From the NCBI GenBank assembly GCA_044222185.1, contig JBGANV010000003.1, forward strand, positions 800,001 through 864,000: a stretch of DNA of 64,000 nucleotides, given 5' to 3'. Below are positions 30,463 to 39,964 of this stretch, one piece after another. The notes below the pieces were generated by a model, which saw nothing but the letters and a program-made list of their open reading frames with translations, searched no databases and was not told where the DNA came from. The translations under genes and the position numbers were made by a program. The number at the start of each line of letters is the position of its first letter. Positions within the stretch are counted from its first letter, which is position 1. The DNA is from Planctomycetota bacterium. GTDB taxonomy: Bacteria; Planctomycetota; GCA-002687715; CAIWVZ01.

Positions 30463-31932
30463 TCAGTGGACGAAGCACCAGACGCCGAGCACGGCGGCGG
30501 CGGCGAGGGCGATCCAGAGGACGCCGAACAGGAGCCGGGACGGCGCGCCGGTCGTGACGTCGGTGGTTTCCTCCGGGAGCTTCGCGCGCTCCGGTGCCTC
30601 GCCAAGAAGTGACCGCAGTCGGGTGGCGAATTGCTCCGCTGACGGCAGGCGCGTTGCAAGCGACGGATCGAGGCACTCGGCCAGCAGTGCGCACAGGCCA
30701 TTGGGCACATGAGGGAGAGACCGCGCGAGCAGCGACATCCGATCGGGCACGGCTGCGAAGTCCGGAGGCTCGGAAAGCGTCAACGCGGCGTACGTGAGCA
30801 CGCCCAGTCCGTAGACGTCGGCCCGCCAATCGGCCGGATCGGCAGCTCGTCGAACCTCCGGTGCCACGAAGAACCCCTCGGTCCCGAGCCGGCTCCACAC
30901 CATGCGGGCCTCGCCCACCATGCCGAGACCGCGGAGGCGCACGGAGCCCCGCCGGTCGACGACGACGCTGCTCGGCCGTGTGTCCAGGAGCAGAAGCCCA
31001 TGCGTGTGGGCGACGTCGAACGCCTCCGCGAGCCCGAGGCAGATCCGCAACACACCCCGCACGTGTGATCGATCGGCGAGGAGTCGGGACGCCGCGGCAT
31101 CATCCGGGATCGACAGTGGCAGCTCGACGTCGGCGTCGAGCCACGCGTGACCTGATTCGGAGGGCGGCTCCAACACCTCGGCGAGGGTCCGATTGCCACC
31201 GCCGCGGCGGAGGCGGCGAATGATCCGTTCCAGGTTGACCTCGGACCGGAAGTCGTAGGCGGCATAGCGGAGGTCGCCGGCCTCACCGACCTCGATCAGC
31301 GGCACGATGCGATCGTGCTTGATCCGGCGCACCTCCTCGGCGGCGGCGAGAAGTCGCGTGGCACGCCCGGGTGAAACCCGAGCCCGAATGAGCAGCAACT
31401 GCGCCGGCAGGCTCGACTGCGTGTCGACGCCGACGACCCACTCACCGAGCGGGTGCCGCGCGTCGACTGCGACGAGGCGGAAGTGCGAAAGCTTGAGCTC
31501 CTGGATCGGAGGCGAACTGCTCGAGATGTCGCCGGGTGTGAGAACGTCGGACAAGAACGAATGGAACCGCGCCACGTCCCGGATCTGCGCGTCGAGGTCG
31601 GGGAACTCGGCGATCGCCCCCTGCACGTCCGGCGGCTCGCCGCGGTTGGCAGCGTCCTGGAACCGCCGCTCGACCTCAGCGATCCGGCCGTCGCGCGCGG
31701 GCTTCGCCGGGTCCGCGGGCGGCGCGGCCTGGTCGCCGCCATCCACTTCGAGCAGTCCCTCGTCGAACAACGACTGGCGGAGTTCGATCAGTGACCTCAC
31801 CTTCTCGGCGCGGTCGGGGAACCGTCGAGCGTAGCCATCGACGTCCACGCGTTCGCCTTTGGCGATGCGCTTGTCGATCTCCGAGGAGAACTCGCGTTCC
31901 CACTCGGCACCACTGCCCGACTCCAACCCCAT
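30463..31932 (-). CDS. membrane-anchored Hanks-type Ser/Thr pseudokinase
   Basis: Kinase fold retained (IKHDRIVPLIEVGE, FVAPE, ADVYGLG, CLDPSLATRLPSA) but VAIK, HRD and DFG motifs are degenerate; C-terminal TM. Confidence 0.8.
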   Translation of the reverse strand: MGLESGSGAEWEREFSSEIDKRIAKGERVDVDGYARRFPDRAEKVRSLIELRQSLFDEGLLEVDGGDQAAPPADPAKPARDGRIAEVERRFQDAANRGEPPDVQGAIAEFPDLDAQIRDVARFHSFLSDVLTPGDISSSSPPIQELKLSHFRLVAVDARHPLGEWVVGVDTQSSLPAQLLLIRARVSPGRATRLLAAAEEVRRIKHDRIVPLIEVGEAGDLRYAAYDFRSEVNLERIIRRLRRGGGNRTLAEVLEPPSESGHAWLDADVELPLSIPDDAAASRLLADRSHVRGVLRICLGLAEAFDVAHTHGLLLLDTRPSSVVVDRRGSVRLRGLGMVGEARMVWSRLGTEGFFVAPEVRRAADPADWRADVYGLGVLTYAALTLSEPPDFAAVPDRMSLLARSLPHVPNGLCALLAECLDPSLATRLPSAEQFATRLRSLLGEAPERAKLPEETTDVTTGAPSRLLFGVLWIALAAAAVLGVWCFVH

Positions 31933-31943
31933 GAAACGGTCTC

Positions 31944-32585
31944 TCAGGACGAGAAGTAGGCCATCTCGCGCAGAACCTCGTGGAGCTTCTGCTGCGCGCG
32001 GTGAAACAACACGTTCACCGCGTTGACCTTCACGTTCAGGAGATCTGCCGCTTCCTTCGCCGAGCGCTGCTCCAAGTGACGCAAGCGGATCACTTCCCGG
32101 TAGTGCGTCGGGAGTTTCTCGAGAGCCTTTTCGAGCATCTTGTAGCCTTCGCGTTGCATCACGATCTGCGAAGGCGTCGACTGCCCGGCGCTGATGCTCT
32201 CGGCCAGCTCGCGAATGGAACTCTCGCCACCTCGAACGTTCTCGTTCAGCGACAGGGTCTCACCGGGTTGCCGCTTGGACGTCTTGAAGAAGTACTTGTC
32301 GAAGTCTTTGATCTTCCAGCCGATGACGGTCACGAGCCACTTATAGAAGGAGTTGGGATCGCGGTACTCGAACTTGTGGAAGTTCCGAAACACCTCCAGG
32401 TAGATCTCCTGGATGATGTCGTCCGCCTCGACCTGAGCCTTCAGCTTGTCGAGCATGTGGAGCTTCACGAGGAGGCGGATTCGCGGGTAGTAGCGATTGA
32501 ACAGCTTGCTGAAGGCTTCCCGATCGCCACCTTGGCTCTGCAGGACGAGTTGCTGAGTCGTTCGATTTCCTTCGGGAGTCGGCAT
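31944..32585 (-). CDS. ECF sigma-70 factor (STPSQ-motif, planctomycete type)
   Basis: GDREAFSKLFNRY, EADDIIQE, SFYKWL, STPSQ, LEKLPTHYREVIRLRHLEQRSAKEAA. Confidence 0.92.
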   Translation of the reverse strand: MPTPEGNRTTQQLVLQSQGGDREAFSKLFNRYYPRIRLLVKLHMLDKLKAQVEADDIIQEIYLEVFRNFHKFEYRDPNSFYKWLVTVIGWKIKDFDKYFFKTSKRQPGETLSLNENVRGGESSIRELAESISAGQSTPSQIVMQREGYKMLEKALEKLPTHYREVIRLRHLEQRSAKEAADLLNVKVNAVNVLFHRAQQKLHEVLREMAYFSS

Positions 32586-32638
32586 AGGGGGCACACGGAG
32601 CAGCAAACGTCGATCCGCTCGGGCTGGGGTGCGGCGCG

Positions 32639-32647
32639 AGTATACCA
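32639..32647 (-). promoter_or_regulatory. extended -10 promoter candidate (TGnTATACT) for the ECF/pseudokinase pair
   Basis: TGGTATACT on the minus strand in the 87-nt gap, about 55 nt upstream of the sigma start; AT-rich in a high-GC background. Confidence 0.5.
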
Positions 32648-32672
32648 GCCCGCATGGCGCACCACGCGCGCG

Positions 32673-34112
32673 TCACCACACGAGCGTGCGGCGTTCCGTG
32701 AACAGGTCGAGTGCCCAGCGGACGCCCTCGCGTCCCAAGCCGGAGGCCTTCGTGCCGCCGTACGGCATGGAATCGACGCGCAACGTGGTCGCTTCGTCGA
32801 CGATGAGCGCGCCAACGTCCAGGTCGCGGAACAGCTGGCGGATGACGGTCGCATCGCGCGTGAACACGCTCGCCTGGAGACCGTATCGAGACCTGTTGAT
32901 GCGACCGACGGCCGCGCCCAGAGCGTCGTAGGTGTCGAGGGTCACCGCGGGGCCGAAAACTTCCTCGCATCCAAGCTTCGCACCGTCCGTGACGCCCTCG
33001 ATCACCGTGGGCTCGATGACGCGTCCGTTGCGCCCCCCGCCCGCCAGGAGGTTCGCGCCCTGGGCGCGCGCCTCGGAGATCCACGACTCGATGCGGTCTG
33101 CGTCGCGGTCGCGAAGCACTGGTCCCATCACGACGCCGAGCTGGCGCGGGTCGCCAGGCACGATGCGCGCCGTCGCCGCGAGGAATGCCTCGCGGAATCG
33201 GTCGGCGATCGACCGATCCACGAGAATGTGCTGGACCTTGATGCACACCTGACCGGCGTAGGCGAAGGCACCGAACGCGCAACGATCCGCGGCGCGCTGG
33301 ACGTCCGCGTCCGCGTGGACGATCGTCGTTGCGTCACCACCGAGTTCGAGCGCGACGGGCTTGCCGTGCGCCGCATCGCGCAGCGCCCACCCCACGGCGG
33401 CCGAGCCCGTGAACGACAGGACGCGCATGCGTGGGTCGGAGACGAGCGGCGCGGCGAACAGGTCGGCCTCCAGTGCCAACACCTGCAATCCAGGTTGAGG
33501 CCACCCTGCCGAGTGGATGATCCGAGCCAGCTCCAATGCCGTGAGCGGTGCTGCGGGCGCTGGCTTGAGGATCACGGGACAACCCGCTGCAAGCGCCGGT
33601 GCGACTTTGTGTGCCACGAGGTTCAGCGGGAAGTTGAACGGCGTGATCGCCGTCACGGGCCCAAGGGGCACGCGACGCACCAGGGCTTCGCGATTCTCGA
33701 GCCCCGGTCGCACGTCGAGTGGCACAATTTCGCCGTGATTCGTGGCCGCGACGTGCGCCGCATCCTTGAAGGTCGCGATGGCGCGGTCCACTTCGATGCG
33801 CGCGAGATCGACGGGCTTGGCGACTTCCTCCACGATGAGCTGCGAAAGCAGGTCGCGCCGCGCCGCGATGCCGTCGGCAATCGCCCACAGGATCTCCGCG
33901 CGGTGCCCCGTCGTGATCTGCGAGCAGGCTCGTCGCGCACCTTCGGCAGCGACGATGGCCCGCTCGACCTCTGCCGCACCACCCAACGCAACCCGACCAA
34001 GCGGCCGGCCGTCGCAGGCCGACACGTGGTCGAGCCAGTTGCCGGTAGTGACTTCCGCGCCAGCGATCAGGAGCGCGTGGTCCGCACCGCCACCGTCATT
34101 TCGAAGCGGCAT
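32673..34112 (-). CDS. aldehyde dehydrogenase family protein
   Basis: ITPFNFPLNL, KPA, SFTGS, LELGG, AGQVC (catalytic Cys), EEVFGP, PYGGTKASGLGREG. Confidence 0.93.
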   Translation of the reverse strand: MPLRNDGGGADHALLIAGAEVTTGNWLDHVSACDGRPLGRVALGGAAEVERAIVAAEGARRACSQITTGHRAEILWAIADGIAARRDLLSQLIVEEVAKPVDLARIEVDRAIATFKDAAHVAATNHGEIVPLDVRPGLENREALVRRVPLGPVTAITPFNFPLNLVAHKVAPALAAGCPVILKPAPAAPLTALELARIIHSAGWPQPGLQVLALEADLFAAPLVSDPRMRVLSFTGSAAVGWALRDAAHGKPVALELGGDATTIVHADADVQRAADRCAFGAFAYAGQVCIKVQHILVDRSIADRFREAFLAATARIVPGDPRQLGVVMGPVLRDRDADRIESWISEARAQGANLLAGGGRNGRVIEPTVIEGVTDGAKLGCEEVFGPAVTLDTYDALGAAVGRINRSRYGLQASVFTRDATVIRQLFRDLDVGALIVDEATTLRVDSMPYGGTKASGLGREGVRWALDLFTERRTLVW

Positions 34113-36882
34113 ATCCCTTGTATCCATCGGCGAGAAGCGGCAGCCACTTCTCGACACTGGCGTTCTCCCAGCCCCACGTGGAAAGGAGACTCTCCTTCGC
34201 GGGGTCGACGACGAGGTACTGCGGCATCCCCACTCCTAGTCCGAACTTCTTGAGCAGCGCGTTGTTCGCCGCGCGTCGTGCAGGGTCGATCTTCGCCGCA
34301 TCTCCATCGAGGTGCAGCTCCGTCATGACGAACTTGTTCAAGGCCGCACGGACCTCGGGCCGACTGCTGCCGAAGACTGACGCTTCGACGGCGCGGCAGT
34401 TGGGTCACGAGAAGCCCGTGAAGTCGATGAAGAGGGGCATCTGGAGCCTTCGAGCCTCCGCCAGCGCGCCGTCGTAGTCATCCACGAAACGCGCGGAGTG
34501 TCCCACGCGGCCGCTCGACACCTTGCCGATCACAGGCTTGCCGCCGCCGAGGCGCTCCTCGATGGCGTGCACGATACGCTCGTCGCGTTCGACGGCGTTC
34601 AAATGCTTCTCCACCGGCGGTAGCCACGAGTCGATGAAGGCGCCGAGCGGTTGACCACTCAGCCCGGTGAACAGGTAGACGCTGACCCAGAACATCACGA
34701 TCGCGAGCAGGAGGGCGACGACCCCCACTCGCTCCTTGGGCGCATCGTGCGGCAGCCGGATCTTGCCGAGCAGGTAGACGCCGGCAAGGGCGAAGAGGAC
34801 GATCCACGCCGAGAGGCAGACGTTACGCGTCAGAACGTCCCAACCCCGAAGCAGGTCCGTCGTCGACAGGAATTTGAACGCAGCGGCGAACTCGACGAAG
34901 CCCATGACGACCTTCGTCTCGTTGAGCCACCCACCCGCCCGCGGGAGCTTCTTGACGTAGCTCGGGAACATCGAGAGGAAGAGGAACGGCAACGCCAGCA
35001 CGCTGCCGAAGACAACCATGCCGAGCACCGGCCTCAGCCAATGGCCGGACCCGGCCGCGCCGGCGAGCAACGTGCCCACGAACGGCGCGGTGCAGGTGAA
35101 CGTCGTCACGGCGAAGAGGAGGCCCATCAACAAGACGCCGATGGGGCCGCCCTTCCCCTGGGCGGAACCGACGAGATTCAACAGCGCGGGCGGCAATTGC
35201 AACTCGAACATGCCGAACAGCGAAAGCGAGAAGAAGATGAAGAGCACCCCGATGAACAGGTTCGTCAGCCAGTGCTGCGCGAAGGTGTTGGCGCCGTCGG
35301 CTCCAAGGAACGCCGTGAACAGCGCGCCGATCAGCGTGAACGACGCGACGATGCCGAAGCAGTAGAGCAGGCTCATCATGACGGGCCGGCTGTTGCCGCC
35401 CTCGGCCTGCTTGGTGAAGAACGAGACCGTCACGGGAATCATGGGAAACACGCACGGCGTCAAGAGCGAGGCGGCCGCGGTCACCATGGCGATGATGATG
35501 AAGGTCAGGAGCGCCGTGCTCACGCTGAATTCACCGGCGAATGGCGCGCGCACGTCACCCAGCTGGACCGATCCCTTGAACGCGAATGTTCCGTCGACGG
35601 TTTCGGCTGCGAGCTTCACCGGCAGAGACACCACGACGCCCGCGGCGTCGTCGATGACGGCCGCCTGTCCGGCGACGAACAACCCGGCCGCCGTGAGGCT
35701 CACGTCCGCGGACGTGCCGGGAGCGACGTGCAAGCCGGGGAAACGGATCATCATCACGCCCGTCTTGCTCGCTTCGAGCTTCGGCGGATCGAAGGTGACC
35801 GTGCCGACGGGAACCGCCGCCGCGCGCGTGTCGGACCTGGGCGCTGGCGCCTTGCCGTCGTCGCTGGGCTTCTTCGGAGGATCGCCCTTCGTTCCCTCGA
35901 CCGGCGGGGCCGCGTCGCCGCGGACGTCGACCGAGAACTCGAACTCGGCCTTCGACGGAGGAAGGCAGCCCTGCATGGTGCAGGTCTGGTAGTCGATCGC
36001 GAAGTGGACGATGCGCCGGCCGGCTGGACCGCTCACGGTGACGGGAACGGAGAAGCTCACGGTCTTCTCCCAATAGGCGAACTTCTCGTGCTCCGTCTCG
36101 AACGGCTTGGCGGGACGATCGGGCACGGGCTTGCCGCTGACGGCGACGAGCTTCTCGTCGGCGCCGGTGCCGGCGGCCGAGAAAGACGTCGGTGTCTCGA
36201 ACTGGCCCACCTGCTCCGTGCTGTAGATGTGGTAGGGCGCCGTCATCTCCACGTCGACCTTCACGTCGAACTTCTCGCCGGACACCACGGCCTTGGGGTG
36301 GATGATCCTCGTGACCTGGAAGGGGTCCGTCGCCTCGAACTCCCCGAGTCGCTTGGGCGGCTTCAGCGTGACGACGTCGCCCTGCGGTGCGCCCGACGGC
36401 GGAACGACCCCGGGCTTGGATTCGGCGTCGCCCTTCGTCGCGGGAAGCGCGACCTTGAACGGCACCTCACCGCCGGGGAGACAGGAGTTTTCGTCGCAAG
36501 CCGTCACGGACAGGTGCCCCTTGACCTCGGTTCCGGGCTTTCCTGTCGACGTCAGCGTGGCGGTGAAGGTGACCTCGCCCTCGTGGTAGTCGTACTCCTC
36601 GACGTAGCCGCCCTCGAACTCCTTCCTGTGATGCTTCGGAACGGGCTCGGAGGGAGTGCCCTTGAGGGCGCGCGGGCCGTCGTCCAGCGCGATGTTCGTC
36701 GTGTTCCCCTCGCCGCCCTTCAGGGAGTAGATGTGGTACCCCGCTTCGACGGCGACGGTGATGACGAGGCTCTCCCGCTCGATCGCCACGCGCTTCAGCT
36801 CGACCTTCGAGGACGAATCTGATTGGGCGAACGACGCCGCGACGAGCACCGCGGCGAAGAGGGGCGTCAACGATCGTGGCAT
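34096..36882 (-). CDS. dsbD: thiol:disulfide interchange protein DsbD, probable selenoprotein (in-frame UGA at 34405-34407, UxxC)
   Basis: Signal peptide; DsbD-alpha domains (YHIYS...ACDENSCLP; YHIYS...TCTMQGCLP); TM domain LTPCVFPMIPVT and FTCTAPFVG; thioredoxin domain IDFTGFS*PNCRAVE continues in frame to the stop at 34096. Confidence 0.88.
34363..34400 (-). promoter_or_regulatory. candidate bacterial SECIS element
   Basis: Directly 3' of the UGA: lower stem ACUGC/GCAGU, upper stem GUCGAAG/CUUCGGC, loop CGUCAGU starting 22 nt after the UGA. Confidence 0.62.
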
Positions 36883-37106
36883 GCTTGATTCCTTGATGGG
36901 CTCCGTCGACCCGACCTTGGAGTCGGGTTTCTCGGGAAGGTTTCAGCCGGCATGAGGCCGGACACCCTACCAAGGGCAACGTGCGGCGGGGCCGCAGCAT
37001 TCCCCCGAGCGGGGGGATCGGGGTCGGGCGGGCAAATCCACACGGGTGCCCCCCAATGCGGACGTCAGCAGATCGGACGAACGGAGAGCCGTTACACTCC
37101 CCCGCC

Positions 37107-37754
37107 ATGCCCGGACCGTCCATCATCTGCGAGACCTTCGCCGTCGGCCCCCTCCAGTGCAACTGCACGATCCTCGGCGATCCGGCCACGAGATCCGCCA
37201 TCGTGGTCGACCCTGGGGACGACGCTGACGTGATCGTGGGACGACTGAAGGCGTTGGGCCTCGAGGCCAGGGCCCTCATCCACACCCACGCACACTTCGA
37301 TCACGTGGGAGGAACGCGGTCAGTCTGCGAGCAGACCGGCGCGGGCATCCACCTCCACGAGAAGGACCTGTTCCTCTACGAACGCCTCGACATGCAGGGC
37401 GCGATGTTCGGCATGTCTTTCGATCCCGTGCTGCCGGTGGACCGTTTCGTGAAGCACGGCGACATCATCGGGCCGTCCGGCATCGAAGTGGAAGTGCTCC
37501 ACACGCCGGGACACACGCCGGGCTCGATCTGCTTCCGCTTCGGCGGGTCCGATCCCGTGCTGTTCAGCGGCGACACGTTGTTCCAGGGCAGCATCGGTCG
37601 CACGGACCTGTGGGGCGGCGATTACCCGACGATCACCCGCTCGATCCAGCGCGTCCTCTACGCGCTTCCGCCGCAGACCCGCGTGATCCCGGGGCACGGC
37701 CCCGAAACGACGATCGGTGAAGAGATGCGGTCGAACGCGTTCGTCCGCGCCTGA
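37107..37754 (+). CDS. MBL-fold hydrolase (glyoxalase II-like)
   Basis: VGPLQCNC, VDPG, THAHFDHVGG, HTPGHTPG, FSGDTLF.GSIGRTDL, PGHGPETT. Confidence 0.92.
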   Translation: MPGPSIICETFAVGPLQCNCTILGDPATRSAIVVDPGDDADVIVGRLKALGLEARALIHTHAHFDHVGGTRSVCEQTGAGIHLHEKDLFLYERLDMQGAMFGMSFDPVLPVDRFVKHGDIIGPSGIEVEVLHTPGHTPGSICFRFGGSDPVLFSGDTLFQGSIGRTDLWGGDYPTITRSIQRVLYALPPQTRVIPGHGPETTIGEEMRSNAFVRA

Positions 37755-37903
37755 TCGTCCGCTCAGCAGCGGGCCGCCGGATTCGTGGCAACGGCCTCCC
37801 GCACCGCGATCGGTCCACATAGAATCCCGCGACCTTTCGAGGGAAAGAAGAAGGCGCGTGGCCACAGATGGGTCCCGCGCATCGGATTCGTTGGAGACTC
37901 AGC

Positions 37904-39853
37904 ATGCCGTCGCCCGCCGACCTGCGCCTGGACCCGACCGGCCGTTCCCTTGGTGCCGACAAGAAGGCGGCGCTCGATGCCGCGTGGCACGAGTGTGTGG
38001 AGACGATCCTCCTCAGCACCACGCTCGCGCAATCGGGCCACCCCGGCGGCTCGCTCTCGCTCATCAACATCCTCCTGACTGTTTATGGCGTCGCGAAGGT
38101 TCGTCCCGAGTCGATCCACGACGAGTCGCGTGACGCGATCTTCGTGAGCAACGGCCACATCTCGCCCGGCGTCTACTCGGCGCTCGCAGCCCATGGATTC
38201 GTGACCCACGAGCAGATCCGCGTCGGATTCCGCCGCGCAGGCAGCGCGTTCGCGGGCCACGTGGAGACGAAGGTGCCGGGCGTCGAGTGGAACACGGGAA
38301 ACCTGGGACAAGGCGCGTCGGCGGCGGTGGGTGCCGCACTGGCTCGCTCGCTGCGCAAGTCCGACGCGTGGTCCTACGTGATCATGGGCGACGGCGAGCA
38401 GCAGAAGGGGCAGATCTCGGAAGCCCGCCGGTTCGCGGTGAAGTACAAGCTCCACCGTGTCATCGCGATCATCGACCGCAACTTCCTCCAGATCGGCGGC
38501 AACACGGACGACGTGATGCCGCAGCAGGTCGATCAGGAATGGGCGGCCGCTGGCTGGAACGTCCTGAAGATCGACGGACACGACTGGGATCAGATCTACG
38601 GCGCGCTGACGACGATCCGCCGGGGCGAGGTCGCGAACCCCGCGGCTCCGACCGTGATCGTCGCCAAGACGACCATGGGCAAGGGCGTGCCGCTCATGGA
38701 GGGAAAGGCGCACTATCACGGCGCCGCGGCGAGTGACGACCAGTTGCGTGACGCGTTCAAGCACCTGGGACTCGCCGACTCGCTCGATCAATGGAAGGCG
38801 AAGCGCAAGGCCGCGGCGTTGTGGTCGGGCCTGGAAGAGACCTGGCCCAAGCTCCCGGGCCTGGAGGTCGGGCCCGCCGCGGTGCGTACCGCGCCGACCG
38901 ATTGCCGCTCCGCCTATGGCGACGTACTCGAGGACCTCGCCAAGAAGAACAACACGGGTCCCATCCCCAAGGTGCTCGCCGTCAGCAACGACCTGGAAGG
39001 CTCGTGCAAGATGAGCGGTTTCCGAAAGGCGTCGCCGGGCGCGTTCTTCGAGGGTGGCATCCAGGAGCACAACAACGCCGTCGTCGCCGGGCGCCTGGCC
39101 CGCGAGGGCTTCCTCACCTACTTCTCGACGTTCGGCGTGTTCGGCGTCTGCGAGACCTACAACCAGCAACGCCTGAACGACATCAACCTCGCTGGCGTGA
39201 AGATCGTCTGCACCCACCTGGGCCTGGACGTCGGCGAAGACGGTCCCACGCACCAGAACATCGACTACGTGGGGCTCCTGCGCGGGACGTTCGGCTTCGA
39301 GATCTACCTGCCAGTCGATCCCAACCAGACGGATCACGTCGTTCGCTACACGGCGCGGACGCCCGGCAACCAGTTCGTGGGGATGGGACGCTCCAAGCTC
39401 CCTCTCATCACGAAGGAGGACGGGTCGCCCTTCTACGACGCGTCCTACCGGTTCCGCCCGGGGACGATGGACGTCATCCGTACCGGCACCGAGGTCACCG
39501 TGATCGCCATGGGTACGGCCATGCAGTACGCGGCGGCCGGCGCGAAGATCGCTCGGGACCGCGGCCAGTCCGTGATGCTCATGGCGTCCGCATCCATCCG
39601 CCCGTTCGACGTGGAGGCGGTCCGCCGGGCGGCAGCCACCGGTCGCATCATCACCGTCGAGGACCACAGCGTACAGACGGGGCTCGGGGCGCTCGTCGCG
39701 GAGACCGTCGCGGACCTCGGCATGAAGTGCAAGCTGGTCCGCATGGGAGTCCACCGATACGGAACATCCGGCCCCTCGCCAGATGTTTTTGCGGAGCAAG
39801 GTATCTCGGCCGAGTTGGTGGCTGCGCAGATCGACCGACTGGTGAAGAGTTGA
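37904..39853 (+). CDS. tkt: transketolase
   Basis: SGHPGGSLS, SNGH, TGNLGQG, GDGE ThDP motif, GIQEH, THLGLDVGEDGPTHQ, ITVEDH. Confidence 0.92.
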   Translation: MPSPADLRLDPTGRSLGADKKAALDAAWHECVETILLSTTLAQSGHPGGSLSLINILLTVYGVAKVRPESIHDESRDAIFVSNGHISPGVYSALAAHGFVTHEQIRVGFRRAGSAFAGHVETKVPGVEWNTGNLGQGASAAVGAALARSLRKSDAWSYVIMGDGEQQKGQISEARRFAVKYKLHRVIAIIDRNFLQIGGNTDDVMPQQVDQEWAAAGWNVLKIDGHDWDQIYGALTTIRRGEVANPAAPTVIVAKTTMGKGVPLMEGKAHYHGAAASDDQLRDAFKHLGLADSLDQWKAKRKAAALWSGLEETWPKLPGLEVGPAAVRTAPTDCRSAYGDVLEDLAKKNNTGPIPKVLAVSNDLEGSCKMSGFRKASPGAFFEGGIQEHNNAVVAGRLAREGFLTYFSTFGVFGVCETYNQQRLNDINLAGVKIVCTHLGLDVGEDGPTHQNIDYVGLLRGTFGFEIYLPVDPNQTDHVVRYTARTPGNQFVGMGRSKLPLITKEDGSPFYDASYRFRPGTMDVIRTGTEVTVIAMGTAMQYAAAGAKIARDRGQSVMLMASASIRPFDVEAVRRAAATGRIITVEDHSVQTGLGALVAETVADLGMKCKLVRMGVHRYGTSGPSPDVFAEQGISAELVAAQIDRLVKS

Positions 39854-39964
39854 GCGCGGACCTGCCAATGGGTCACGCCGCGTCCTTTTTTCTCACAAAC
39901 CGTCGCCAGCGTCGTCTAAGGCGGTGAGCGATCCGAAACTGGACCCCTCACCGACGAGGCTCAA

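Noticed and set aside
34096-34341. 81-aa ORF as a separate gene, with dsbD as a nonsense pseudogene
   Set aside because: It is in frame with dsbD, completes the thioredoxin fold, and the TGA falls exactly on the catalytic Cys with a hairpin behind it, so recoding fits better.
31980-36822. Long plus-strand ORFs (757 aa and 723 aa)
   Set aside because: They are antisense shadows of the sigma, aldehyde dehydrogenase and dsbD genes, with no motifs; such shadows are typical of high-GC DNA.
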